Shown: positions 50,735 through 60,703 of the stretch, one piece after another
Layout: each line of letters opens with the position of its first letter
Numbering within the stretch: position 1 is the first letter of the stretch
Assembly (NCBI GenBank): GCA_963749915.1
Contig: CAVVOP010000021.1
Coordinates: forward strand, 224,001-288,000
Direction: 5' to 3'
DNA: 64,000 bases
From: an uncultured cyanobacterium
GTDB taxonomy: Bacteria > Cyanobacteriota > Cyanobacteriia > Cyanobacteriales > Cyanobacteriaceae
The notes under the pieces: generated by a model
What the model saw: the letters and a program-made list of their open reading frames with translations, nothing else
The model's database searches: none
What the model was told of the DNA's origin: nothing
Translations under genes and position numbers: made by a program

Positions 50735-53278
50735 TTACTGATCAAAATTACGGATAAAAGAATTTTGTTTGAGACTGACAAACTGTGGTGTTAAAGGTGG
50801 TAAATTTTTGGCAATATTGAAGTCCGAATCATAATCCCAATCTCGCTTAGGGGGGTTATAATAAATACCACCAGTACCAGGCCATTTACCGCTAACATAA
50901 AGGGGAGTTGAAATACTGACAAATGAACCCCGATAGAGCCAAGTTTTACCACTCCAGTTTTCCGAGAAACGAGGATAATTTTCTAAACCGCCATTATAAT
51001 CTGATCCTTTGGTAACATCAACTCCTGCTAATACAGCAGCATTAAACCCTGTATCAGTAGCGGCTTTAGTAGATCCATCGATGCGACATCCCATTTCTTT
51101 CTCGTGATTAATGGCACTATCTTGATTTAGACAAGCATTAGACAGAGGGTTAAAGGAGTCCGCAAGAAAAGCCGCTGGTTGTTTATTAACGGTGTTATAG
51201 TCTCCCTGAACATAAATAGCCTGATCCGATGCGATGGTTAACCCTGTAGGATCTGGATAAGTAGTTGTTTTTGCTAAACCGAATAATTGTTTTCCGCCAA
51301 TCACAGCAAAACCGTAAGGACTTTTATTAGTTTTAGCTTTGGTAAAAATATTACCGTCAATGGTGCCATGGAGAACCATTCCTGCCTGGGAGTTATCGAC
51401 GGCGGCTAAACCCAAACGCTGAAAAGAATCTGCTGGGGCATTATTATCCACCGGGGCGGGAGTATAAAGCAATCCGGCAGTAGAGTCGAGAGTATTACCA
51501 CCGTTTAAAGACACCCCATCTCGATTCCAGATAGCAAAACTACTAAGATTCATCTGTAATAATCGCAGATCCTGATTTTCCCTGGTGTTGAAAAAACGGA
51601 AGGGAGATAAGTGATTGTCATCATCTCGACCTACTTCTGTGATCGGTGCAGGAACAAAACAACGGGCAGTATTTGATATAGCACTGTTACTACCATTATA
51701 CTCTGGCAACCCAGCTATTTGTTGTGCACTCATGTTATCAAGATTACTTACTGCTGTGTCAACGTCAGATCCACTAGCAAATGTCTGTCCTAACTTATCA
51801 ACACTTTTTAAACTGGATGTATTTTGAGCGAAACTACCGTATAAATTAGGGGCTTGTCCTTTCACATCCTTAATGGGTAATGCCATAAAGGAAAAACGAA
51901 GAGGTGCCTTTTGAGATTGTATTTGCTCTTGGATATACCCTTGTGCCACTTCTCTAAAGTTATTTTTTTTAGCACTGGTTAAACCGTTCCACCAAGTTTG
52001 TAAACTACCTGATAAAGTGGCAGGGGTGCAAACCTTAAAATTAGCCGAAGCAATATTAGCCAAATCAGCCTTAGCCATTACAGGCTGTCTTAAACTGTCC
52101 AATTGATTACTATTGAGGGTTACGGGAACGGGAGGATCAACGGGGGAACCATCAGCATTAGTCCGTTTAATTGCCGTTACTTCAAAGGGCACTGTTTTTA
52201 AATAGTTCATATTACCCCCTGTAGAAGTGGATTCAGGTTTAAATTTAATCCTAATATCCGCTTTGGTGTAATAATCTCCTTTGTCATTTAAAATACTGGG
52301 TTCGGGAATAGATATTGGTGCATCCGTTCTTACTTGTACCTGAGTTCCCCATGCGGTTTTAATGCGAGTGGGATCCATGAAATTTGTAGTAGGACTCGTA
52401 CTACCAGTACCTTTAGAAAGTAATTTTAAAAAATTACCCGAAGCATTAGCAATTTGCACTTTTCCATCGGCAAAAGTGTCCCCATTCGCTGGTTTGAAGT
52501 TAAAAATGTCTTTTACTGTGGTGACTTGACTATTCAATTTTAAACTAGTATTGGCTCCTAAGTATAAGTTCCCGTTGGTGTGAACTGGTCCGGTCAGAAT
52601 CATATCCGCCCCCGGAAATATCTCTAAATCTTCCGTATAAAAAGCGGCAAACTGAAACATAGGAATTAATCGGCTAACAACGTCCATTTGTAAAATAGCG
52701 ACTGCTTGTTTCCCTTTTTTACTGGCGGAAATATTGTCTTTAAAAGCCATACTATAAATAGAATGACCATATTCCAACATAGTTAAACCCTGAAAAGCAT
52801 CTCCGTCGGGAACAACTCCAGAAGTACCGATACCATTATTTTTGGCGACAACGTAAGTAGTTGCCTGGGTATTGCTTCTGTTGGGATCCCCCGGGGCTAG
52901 TTCAAATTTATCACACTTAAAATCCAGGGTACCGTCGTTACTATTGTCAGAATCAAAACAGGCCGTGGGAGAACTGGGGCTTTTACCTTTAGGTTGTTCA
53001 TAATCGAGATATGCTTCTCTTATTTTATTGGCCCGAAGATTTAATCCTGCTTCTGCGGCATAAAATCCGCTATTACTGTCAATGGTGGAGGTTGTGCTTT
53101 GTTGTTCTATACGACTTGTTTTGGCATAGAGTGCCGCAAGTGCAGATAAGGCGATCACAATGGTGATGGCTATAAGTAATACAAAGCCAGTTTCTGAGTC
53201 AGTGGTATGATCCTTTTGACGTTTAATTAAGCCAGAAAGAAGTAATTTTTTGAGGAAGAAAGAAGGAGTAGTTTTCAT
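50735..53278 (-). CDS. Large PilX-like minor pilin
   Basis: G|FVLLIAITIV signal lacking Glu+5; FYAAEAGLN; PMFQFAAFY; GPVHTNG; YNPPKRDWDYD C-terminus. Confidence 0.75.
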   Translation of the reverse strand: MKTTPSFFLKKLLLSGLIKRQKDHTTDSETGFVLLIAITIVIALSALAALYAKTSRIEQQSTTSTIDSNSGFYAAEAGLNLRANKIREAYLDYEQPKGKSPSSPTACFDSDNSNDGTLDFKCDKFELAPGDPNRSNTQATTYVVAKNNGIGTSGVVPDGDAFQGLTMLEYGHSIYSMAFKDNISASKKGKQAVAILQMDVVSRLIPMFQFAAFYTEDLEIFPGADMILTGPVHTNGNLYLGANTSLKLNSQVTTVKDIFNFKPANGDTFADGKVQIANASGNFLKLLSKGTGSTSPTTNFMDPTRIKTAWGTQVQVRTDAPISIPEPSILNDKGDYYTKADIRIKFKPESTSTGGNMNYLKTVPFEVTAIKRTNADGSPVDPPVPVTLNSNQLDSLRQPVMAKADLANIASANFKVCTPATLSGSLQTWWNGLTSAKKNNFREVAQGYIQEQIQSQKAPLRFSFMALPIKDVKGQAPNLYGSFAQNTSSLKSVDKLGQTFASGSDVDTAVSNLDNMSAQQIAGLPEYNGSNSAISNTARCFVPAPITEVGRDDDNHLSPFRFFNTRENQDLRLLQMNLSSFAIWNRDGVSLNGGNTLDSTAGLLYTPAPVDNNAPADSFQRLGLAAVDNSQAGMVLHGTIDGNIFTKAKTNKSPYGFAVIGGKQLFGLAKTTTYPDPTGLTIASDQAIYVQGDYNTVNKQPAAFLADSFNPLSNACLNQDSAINHEKEMGCRIDGSTKAATDTGFNAAVLAGVDVTKGSDYNGGLENYPRFSENWSGKTWLYRGSFVSISTPLYVSGKWPGTGGIYYNPPKRDWDYDSDFNIAKNLPPLTPQFVSLKQNSFIRNFDQ

Positions 53279-53315
53279 GATACTTTTTATCTAAAATTAA
53301 GGGTGAATTGAAAAA

Positions 53316-54404
53316 TTAAAAACTGAGGCTGTTACGAGGGAAGAATCGTTGAGATAACTCAAGATCTTCTTCTTGTAAATTACCGACAGTATTTGAGTTA
53401 CTATCTTCTCCGGGCGATAACTTTGCTGTTATATCAATAAATTTAATTTGTGCCCAAGAATAATTAGTAGTGGGATTCGGAAAAGTAGGGGTACAGTTTG
53501 CCGTGGGGGGAATCACCTTACACTCATATTCAGTACCGTTCTTTTCTTCGCTTAAAATAGCTTTTACTTCTAGTTTTTTGACATTTTCTACCAAGTCCGA
53601 AGTTTCACTATCATTAACCACTAACTGTAATTTATTATCTTTAACTCGATAGCGTCTTTCTTCCATTAAATAGATGACGCTGCCCACAGGATAGTCATTT
53701 TGCCAAGTATGACCACCATTACTTTGGAGGGTGAGAGTATAAGCCGGATTCGTATCGGAGGGAGTAATAGTATTACCATCACTGTCTTTAGTTTCTTCGC
53801 CGCTATAGTCAAAAAACTCTCCCTTGCCGGTATCACTGTCGTAAATATAAGCTCGGATGTCACCGCCTTTGTTATTTCTTCGATCTTGCCATTTTTTAAC
53901 ACCATCGGGCCAACCATCAACAGGCTGACTATCATGAAGGCTAACTTTACAGGCACTTTCTGCACTTCCTTCATCCATCACCATGACAGGATCTGAGTTT
54001 CCTGCTGTTATATCTTCACAGGTATATAAAGATAAGGGCAATAATGTTTTTCGCAGGACAATTTCGGAGGTTTTTATTGTAGTACTGGGGATATTTTCTT
54101 CAGTGATTAGAAGCACAGGAAATTTAGGATCGGAAACTAGTCCTTCTCCCGTTTGTTGAATATCCGGACCCATAGTGGCAAAAACCGTTCTTAATCTTTG
54201 ATTGACGTCAAGTTTAACCTTATCACGGGCAAAAATTTCCCGTATGCTGAAAAAACCACCGAAGGCACTAGCGAGAATGATACTACTCATGACAATACTT
54301 GCGATGACTTCCGGGAAAGTAAAACCTGAGTTCCTTTGATTCGGCTTACCTTGACGACTATTGTAAGTTAGTGAAAATGCTTTGAACAGTATAAAGTTTT
54401 TCAT
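53316..54404 (-). CDS. PilW-like minor pilin
   Basis: SG|FTFPEVIASIVMSSIIL; DIQQTG; C-terminal FFPRN. Confidence 0.8.
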   Translation of the reverse strand: MKNFILFKAFSLTYNSRQGKPNQRNSGFTFPEVIASIVMSSIILASAFGGFFSIREIFARDKVKLDVNQRLRTVFATMGPDIQQTGEGLVSDPKFPVLLITEENIPSTTIKTSEIVLRKTLLPLSLYTCEDITAGNSDPVMVMDEGSAESACKVSLHDSQPVDGWPDGVKKWQDRRNNKGGDIRAYIYDSDTGKGEFFDYSGEETKDSDGNTITPSDTNPAYTLTLQSNGGHTWQNDYPVGSVIYLMEERRYRVKDNKLQLVVNDSETSDLVENVKKLEVKAILSEEKNGTEYECKVIPPTANCTPTFPNPTTNYSWAQIKFIDITAKLSPGEDSNSNTVGNLQEEDLELSQRFFPRNSLSF

Positions 54405-54888
54405 TGTTTCTTTTTTGATCTAATATTTGGACAACTATATATCTAATGTTGGATTCTGTTCCATTGGGACAGGATGTAACGGTATTTTGGGTATCGATGA
54501 TTGGTTCATCTTTACAAACATAAAGATCGGCATTATAGGTATAACCTGAACTATTTCGATCGATAATTTCTGTTTTACCCGCGGCGATAGCATCCAAGTT
54601 TTCTCTTAATTTGTATCTCGCGTCATCTAAAATTTCTTTTGAAACAGATACAGCACCTGTTTGTAATTCTTGTTTTAAATTCGCTATTTTCACAAGAACC
54701 ACAAATTGCAAGTTAAGAGCAAAAGCGATAGATAAAACTAAAATTGCCGCCAAACTTTCTAAAAAAGAAAATCCTCCTTCCGGACCACCTATGTCGGTCA
54801 AAAGATAATGTTTAAGTTTCGAGTAAAGATTATATTTGTTCATAAAATTTGCCATAGTATTTAATATAATAATTAAGTTTTTTTGCAA
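54358..54888 (-). CDS. PilV-like minor pilin
   Basis: GG|FSFLESLAAILVL; start uncertain. Confidence 0.75.
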   Translation of the reverse strand: MQKNLIIILNTMANFMNKYNLYSKLKHYLLTDIGGPEGGFSFLESLAAILVLSIAFALNLQFVVLVKIANLKQELQTGAVSVSKEILDDARYKLRENLDAIAAGKTEIIDRNSSGYTYNADLYVCKDEPIIDTQNTVTSCPNGTESNIRYIVVQILDQKRNNEKLYTVQSIFTNLQ

Positions 54889-54914
54889 CTTATTAATGGT
54901 AATTAATAGTAAGA

Positions 54915-55667
54915 TTAATCATCTTTAATGGCACCACCTTTTAAAACAGTGAGAGTTTCTTGGTCGCTATTGGAAGTATTAGTGATGGTAAAAACTAACT
55001 CAGGTTGTGTTGTTCCCTGATCATCATAAATAGAGGCGATACCCCGACTGTTGAAACATAGTGTCCAATCAGAAATATTCGTGGTCAATGCAACTTTTTT
55101 CGGTAAGGTTAAATCATCAATGAGAAAACTAGGGTCAGATTTCCAGTTTTCGGCTAGTTCTATCTTACTGTCCTTGGATTGATCTGAACCTAAGGGAAGC
55201 CCTAAGGTGATCACAGAGTTCATTTTATCAATGGCTAGTATTTCATTGGCCGTAGTGTCTCCACCGACTTTAATTTGATCCCCTTCCACAAATCCATTGG
55301 TAGAGAGAACTTTTAAATCGTTATCCACATCTTTTGCATCTTCACTTAACTTAGTTAAAGATTCACAACCCCTCGTATCAGCAATTTCTATAGAAAGTTT
55401 GCCATCTGGTTGACTGGGGTCTGGTTTGATTCTGATAGCTGAAGTTGTAGAAACTGCCCTCCCACGGGTTTGTTGTAAGAGGCCTTTAATTTGACTACGA
55501 CCATCGGCGGTATTTTTAGCATCATTATTTAAAAGTTGGGGTGCGGCCACAGCGGCAAGAACCCCCATAATTGCCGTTAGAGAAAGGAGTTCAACTAACG
55601 TATATCCCCTATTGTTATAGGTAATTATTAAAAACTTAAATAAATCAATTACTTTTTTTTTCGACAT
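54915..55667 (-). CDS. FimT/GspH-like pilin with internal insertion
   Basis: RG|YTLVELLSLTAIMGVLAAVAAP; LCFNSRG; GGAGG RBS. Confidence 0.8.
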   Translation of the reverse strand: MSKKKVIDLFKFLIITYNNRGYTLVELLSLTAIMGVLAAVAAPQLLNNDAKNTADGRSQIKGLLQQTRGRAVSTTSAIRIKPDPSQPDGKLSIEIADTRGCESLTKLSEDAKDVDNDLKVLSTNGFVEGDQIKVGGDTTANEILAIDKMNSVITLGLPLGSDQSKDSKIELAENWKSDPSFLIDDLTLPKKVALTTNISDWTLCFNSRGIASIYDDQGTTQPELVFTITNTSNSDQETLTVLKGGAIKDD

Positions 55668-55914
55668 TTAATTATGTCCCCCTCAAAACCTTTTGTTCAA
55701 CCTTGTCTATAAGCTATTATAAATACCTTGAAGGAGAAATGTTATCAGTATAAATACAGATTGTTATGTGAATTTTTGATGTTGTATTAATTTTTTATAC
55801 AGTTTAATTTTGATAATTTATCAATTTTTTATGAACTAAATTAAAGATTTTTTATAACTGCCTAGGTAGTAGATTTTAAGAAAAGTTAGATCAGCGGAAT
55901 CACCCATGATTCAT

Positions 55915-56471
55915 TCTGACTTTTCACGGTATCTTTTCCCTGAGAAAGGGTTTGGGTGTTAGGGGTTGGGTGATAGGGAAAATTCAGTTTTTGTTTTCGA
56001 GGGCACGAATCAATGCTGATAATAATCTTCCGAGGGATTCACATCTATTTAAAAGAGAATCAATGACTTTCCCCTCTCCTAACTTTACCCTTTTCGACAA
56101 TAAAAGATGAGTTTCTAATTCTTTAAGAGAGCCTTGTGCTATGTATAAAAACTGTATATATTCTTTTCGGGTTTTTCGACCATGCCCCTCAGCGACATTG
56201 GCGGGAATAGAGGCTGATGCTCGACGAATCTGAGAAATTAACCCGTAAAGTTCTTCTTTGGGGAAATTGCGAGTAACTAAGTAGCATTCTTCTGCTAAAT
56301 CCATGCCTGTTTGCCAAACCTTTAAGTCTCTATAGGATTGTATTCCCATCAGTTTCTAAGTGTTTTTTTTGACTGTTCAACTATTAAAGCTTATCCTCAA
56401 TCCCTAATCCTAACACCCAACCCCTAACACCTAACACCTGTCAACCGAAAAAGATGCCGTGAAAAGTTAGA
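55915..56471. mobile_element. Inverted-repeat-bounded cassette carrying a four-helix-bundle gene
   Basis: Outer IR 55915-55937/56449-56471 (21/23 match); inner IR 55955-55977/56409-56431 (22/23 match). Confidence 0.65.
55984..56349 (-). CDS. Four helix bundle protein (23S rRNA IVS protein / Avd-like family)
   Basis: SYRDLKVWQ, FPKEELYGLISQIRRASASIPANVAEG, IAQGSLKELETHL. Confidence 0.92.
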   Translation of the reverse strand: MGIQSYRDLKVWQTGMDLAEECYLVTRNFPKEELYGLISQIRRASASIPANVAEGHGRKTRKEYIQFLYIAQGSLKELETHLLLSKRVKLGEGKVIDSLLNRCESLGRLLSALIRALENKN

Positions 56472-56513
56472 TTTTTAGATCTGTCCAACCGCCTTCTGGT
56501 TGATTGACATCTG

Positions 56514-57404
56514 CTAACAATTTAGTTTTATCTGTGCTAAATCTAATATTCGCGGAATTAAATCCTCTCTTTTTACTGCCATTAAATGGACTCCTTGACA
56601 AATATTTTTGGCTAATTTTATTTGTTCGGCGGCGATTTTTATGCCTTCTTCTAAGGGTTTTTCTGCTTTTTCTAGTCTTTTAATTATAATTTCTGGAATC
56701 TGTACACCTGGCACATTTTTATTAATAAATAAAGCATTTTTTGCACTTTTTAATAAAAAGATTCCCGCTAAAATTGGTCGATCACATCCTATAGCAATTT
56801 GATTCATAAACTGATCTAATTTGTCAAAATCAGTAATTAATTGACTTTGAAAAAACTTTGCACCTGCCATCAATTTTGCTTCAAAACGACGTTGTAATCC
56901 CGACCAACTATTAGATTGCGGATCAACGGCTCCACCTGCGAATAAGTCTAAATTATCGTCAACTAAGGGGTTATTATTAAGATCAAAACCATGGTTTAAT
57001 TGCCTAATTAACTTTAATAATCGCACGGATTCCAGTTCAAAAACTGCCTTTGATTGGGGATGATCTCCTGCTTTTAAAGGATCACCTGTTAAGGCTAAAA
57101 TATTTCTAATTCCTAAACTATAAGCACCCATTAAATCTGCTTGCAAAGCGATGGCATTTCTGTCCCGACCAGTTACTTGACAAATAGGCTCAATTCCTCC
57201 CTGTAATAGCAAATAACAAGCGGCAATGGATGACATTCGCAAAACTGCCCTACTACCATCAGTAATATTAACGGCATGAACGCGATTTTTTAACAATTGT
57301 GCTACTTCTAACATTCGCTTAGGATTGCCACCTTTTGGCGGTGTAACCTCAGCCGTAATCAAAAATTCTTGATTGGCGATCGCAGTTTGGAATTTGTTTG
57401 TCAT
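56514..57404 (-). CDS. metF: Methylenetetrahydrofolate reductase
   Basis: AEVTPPKG, NITDGSRA, RDRN, LALTGD, FFQSQ. Confidence 0.88.
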   Translation of the reverse strand: MTNKFQTAIANQEFLITAEVTPPKGGNPKRMLEVAQLLKNRVHAVNITDGSRAVLRMSSIAACYLLLQGGIEPICQVTGRDRNAIALQADLMGAYSLGIRNILALTGDPLKAGDHPQSKAVFELESVRLLKLIRQLNHGFDLNNNPLVDDNLDLFAGGAVDPQSNSWSGLQRRFEAKLMAGAKFFQSQLITDFDKLDQFMNQIAIGCDRPILAGIFLLKSAKNALFINKNVPGVQIPEIIIKRLEKAEKPLEEGIKIAAEQIKLAKNICQGVHLMAVKREDLIPRILDLAQIKLNC

Positions 57405-57418
57405 AGAGACTGAGTAAT

Positions 57419-57466
57419 TAATAAGTAATAAGTAATAAGTAATAAGTAATAAGTAATAAGTAATAA
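57419..57466. repeat. Heptamer tandem repeat (TAATAAG) x ~7
   Basis: Read directly; lies in the trpS-metF spacer. Confidence 0.9.
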
Positions 57467-57490
57467 ATATTACCTTTGTTAAGGGTTAAT

Positions 57491-58498
57491 TTAATTGATG
57501 GGTAGGTAGCCAAGTGCGTCTTTAACCCTTTTTAAGGTGACGTTGGCGACACTTTCGGCTTTTTCCTTACCCTGTTTCAATACAGAATCTAAATAGCTTT
57601 TATCTGTCATAATTTCTTGATATTTAGCTTGAATGGGAGTTAAGGCGGCGATGGTGGCATCTGTTAACAAAGGTTTAAATTTACCCCAACCCATTTCGCT
57701 ACATTCTGCCGTTACTTCTCCCTTACTTTTCCCTGTAAAAATGCCGTATAATCCCAATAAATTATTGCACTCTGGGCGATCGTTTGCAAAATTTAAGCCC
57801 ATAATCGGATCGGTTTTACATTTCTTAATCTTTTGCTTGATGTTTTCAGGGGTGTCTAATAAATTAATCCTACTCAACTGAGAAGGATCGGATTTAGACA
57901 TTTTTTTTCGACCATCCGTTAAGCTCATTATCCTAGCACCTTCTTTTCTAATCAGAGGATCTGGCACTTTAAAGATAGGATTTTCTTGAGTACCATATTG
58001 ATCATTGACTCGAATGGCAATATCACGGGTTAACTCCAAATGTTGTTTTTGATCTTCTCCCACAGGGACCTGATCCGCGTCATATAATAATATATCCGCT
58101 GCCATCAAAATAGGATAATCTAATAAGCCAACGCTAACATTTTCCCCTTGTTTGAGTGCTTTTTCTTTAAATTGGATCATTCGTTCTAGCCAATTAAGGG
58201 GAGTTAAACAGTTTAATAACCATGCTAGTTCACTGTGAGCGGTAACGTGAGATTGCACGAAAATAGTGGAGTATTGGCGATCAATACCACAAGCCAGGTA
58301 TAAAGCGGCGATGGTGTAGGTATCTTTAGCTAAAGTAGCTGGATTATGAGGCATAGTGATAGCGTGTAAATCAACGACACAGAAAAAATTATCGTAGTTA
58401 GGTTGTATTTCTACCCAGTTGCGAATTGCACCTAAATAATTGCCTATATGTAAATTTCCTGTGGGTTGTACTCCTGATAAAACACGCTTTTTGGTCAT
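57491..58498 (-). CDS. trpS: Tryptophan--tRNA ligase
   Basis: SGVQPTGNLHIGNYLG, VGEDQKQHLE, KMSKS. Confidence 0.97.
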   Translation of the reverse strand: MTKKRVLSGVQPTGNLHIGNYLGAIRNWVEIQPNYDNFFCVVDLHAITMPHNPATLAKDTYTIAALYLACGIDRQYSTIFVQSHVTAHSELAWLLNCLTPLNWLERMIQFKEKALKQGENVSVGLLDYPILMAADILLYDADQVPVGEDQKQHLELTRDIAIRVNDQYGTQENPIFKVPDPLIRKEGARIMSLTDGRKKMSKSDPSQLSRINLLDTPENIKQKIKKCKTDPIMGLNFANDRPECNNLLGLYGIFTGKSKGEVTAECSEMGWGKFKPLLTDATIAALTPIQAKYQEIMTDKSYLDSVLKQGKEKAESVANVTLKRVKDALGYLPIN

Positions 58499-58629
58499 TG
58501 TTTTTGTTGAAAATTTAGTTAATCTAATTTAGAGATGCTACTAATTCCAAGGAGGAATTATAACACTTAAGTTGCCGAATTTTATTTAAAAAAGCAAGAC
58601 TGCCACGGAACTTGTTTGATTATTAAATG

Positions 58630-59553
58630 TTAATTCCTCACGGTTTTCCCATACTCGTAAACTAAATTAAAAAAATCTCTGACGGTGGGAATTTCTAAGC
58701 GATCTTTCGTGGTAATCAAAACAACTTCTCTAGTTAGTTGATTATTGACTGAATAATTTGACGGTATACTAAAAGGAATAATAGCTAAAGTGGGATCTAA
58801 CTTTGACTCTTGCAATGCTAATTCAGGCAATAAAGCAATCAAATTTCCTTGGCGAATCACACCCCGAAAGGCGTCTAAGGTATTTAACTCCATCCCTACA
58901 TCTAATTCAAATCCATTACTGGCGAATATCTCTTGAACAACGCGTTGCATGCCATATCCATCTTTAAAAATAACCTGGGAATATTTTGCCAACTCAGCAA
59001 CAGTAACGCGTTTCTCTGTGGTTAAAGGATGATTACTAGATGCCAATATATGAATCGATTCATGGTATAAATGTTTAACTACCATATCGGAACTAGAAGT
59101 CAAATATTTATTATTCATCACTAAAGCCACATCCACTAAACCATCCCGTAACACTTTTAATGCTCGATCGCTACCTAAAGCCGTCACTCGTAATTGTACT
59201 TGGGGATGATTGTTACAAAAATCTTGTAACAGAGGAGGTAAATAATAAGCACAGACAGAATGAATTGCCGCTACACACAACTCAGGTTGTTCACCCCCCA
59301 GTAATTCTTGGATTTTTTCCCCGGCCTTTTCCCATTCCTGACAAATACGCCTGGCATGGGGTAACAGTTTTTCGCCACTGACTGTTAATTTTGCCTGTGC
59401 CTGACGATGAAATAAAGATGTTTTTAAATGAGTTTCTAAACTTTGAACTTGACGACTAATAGTTGATTGCGTTACCCCACAAAGCTTTGCCGCTTGTCCA
59501 AAACTGCCTGTTTCACTTACCGCTAGAAAAGCCTTGATTTGTTCAATTCTCAT
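58630..59553 (-). CDS. ntcB: LysR-type nitrate assimilation regulator NtcB
   Basis: GVTQSTISRQ, ELCVAAIHSVC, RVTALGSDRALKVLRDG; upstream NtcA promoter. Confidence 0.85.
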   Translation of the reverse strand: MRIEQIKAFLAVSETGSFGQAAKLCGVTQSTISRQVQSLETHLKTSLFHRQAQAKLTVSGEKLLPHARRICQEWEKAGEKIQELLGGEQPELCVAAIHSVCAYYLPPLLQDFCNNHPQVQLRVTALGSDRALKVLRDGLVDVALVMNNKYLTSSSDMVVKHLYHESIHILASSNHPLTTEKRVTVAELAKYSQVIFKDGYGMQRVVQEIFASNGFELDVGMELNTLDAFRGVIRQGNLIALLPELALQESKLDPTLAIIPFSIPSNYSVNNQLTREVVLITTKDRLEIPTVRDFFNLVYEYGKTVRN

Positions 59554-59598
59554 AAATTATTGTCAATTTTGACTATTTCTGTGTACCATAAGCTATTG

Positions 59599-59640
59599 AC
59601 ATTACCATCATCAAATCAAAAATTAGGTACTTTTACGTAC
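59599..59640 (-). promoter_or_regulatory. NtcA-activated promoter of ntcB
   Basis: GTA-N8-TAC at 59627-59640, then 22 nt, then TAATGT (TAN3T) on the minus strand at 59604-59599. Confidence 0.8.
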
Positions 59641-59779
59641 GGCTGGTCTTATGGGGTTGATTTTACTACTAATACACAAAAAAATGGCCTATGGTTTAGG
59701 GGCGATAATTTATTTGGCTAATGTAAGTTAAATAATTAACAATTTGTAAGAAGTTTTGTTAATTGTTAATTGTCCATTG

Positions 59780-60103
59780 TTAAGAGGCTAAAGCCACTTC
59801 AATCATTTGTTGTAATTCACCAGTTTGATATAATTCAATGAGAATATCACTACCACCAATAAACTCGCCGTTAACATACACTTGGGGAATGGTAGGCCAA
59901 TTAGAATATTCTTTGATGCCTTGGCGAACATCATAATCAGCTAAAACGTCAACGGTTTCAAAAGGTACACCGAGAGTGTTCAAAATTTGGACAACATTGT
60001 TGGAAAAACCACACTGAGGCATCAATTTCGAGCCTTTCATGAAAACTACTACCTGGCTATTGTTTACGATGTCATCAATACGTTGCTTTAATTCTGGTGT
60101 CAT
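59780..60103 (-). CDS. grxD: Monothiol glutaredoxin (Grx4)
   Basis: MPQCGFS, WPTIPQVY, GGSD; ATG 60103. Confidence 0.93.
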   Translation of the reverse strand: MTPELKQRIDDIVNNSQVVVFMKGSKLMPQCGFSNNVVQILNTLGVPFETVDVLADYDVRQGIKEYSNWPTIPQVYVNGEFIGGSDILIELYQTGELQQMIEVALAS

Positions 60104-60299
60104 AGTAATTAGTAAATACGATAATAAAATTACAAAAAATAATAAGTCAGTTTCTAGTTTAACCTTGGTAGAGGGTTTTTTAAAATAGGTCAAGACCCAT
60201 TCACCCTGATTATTATAACATTAGTTACATGAGACTAAATCGCCTCATTATTGTCCGTTGCGGAAGAAACTAATTTGGAGGAGAAGTCCCTTATCTATG

Positions 60300-60554
60300 T
60301 TAATTTTGCTCTGTTAACCATGTGGAAGGGGTATAGGTTTTTAAGGCCAAAGCGTGGATAGCTTCTGATTTTAATTCACTTTGTAATGCTCTATAAACCA
60401 GTTGATGCTGTCTTACTTTTGTTTTACCTTCAAATTCTGCAGAAATAACGATGGCCTCAAGATGATCTCCGCCTCCGGTTAAATCTTTGATGAATACCTG
60501 TGCGTCAGATATTTCCTGCTGAATAGTTTTTTGAACTTGTTCTAAACTTACCAT
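60300..60554 (-). CDS. bolA: BolA family protein
   Basis: [31 protein letters not shown]; adjacent to grxD. Confidence 0.92.
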   Translation of the reverse strand: MVSLEQVQKTIQQEISDAQVFIKDLTGGGDHLEAIVISAEFEGKTKVRQHQLVYRALQSELKSEAIHALALKTYTPSTWLTEQN

Positions 60555-60703
60555 AATCAATTAATTTGCATAAGACTTTTTACACTTAAATTATAATATA
60601 TCATTTTTTACTTTCTACTTAAAAACTAAATTATTTTATGATCAAATATTTTTAATTAACTAATTATTTAGCTAAATAAAATGAATAATTTAAAGGATGA
60701 ATA

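Noticed and set aside
55984..56349. Diversity-generating retroelement suggested by the Avd-like protein
   Set aside because: No reverse transcriptase and no TR/VR repeat pair seen in the window.
57419..57466. CRISPR-like array
   Set aside because: A pure 7-bp tandem repeat without spacers; no cas genes in the window.
205..59721. Numerous short antisense or nested ORFs in the six-frame track
   Set aside because: They are shadows of well-supported genes and have no independent evidence.
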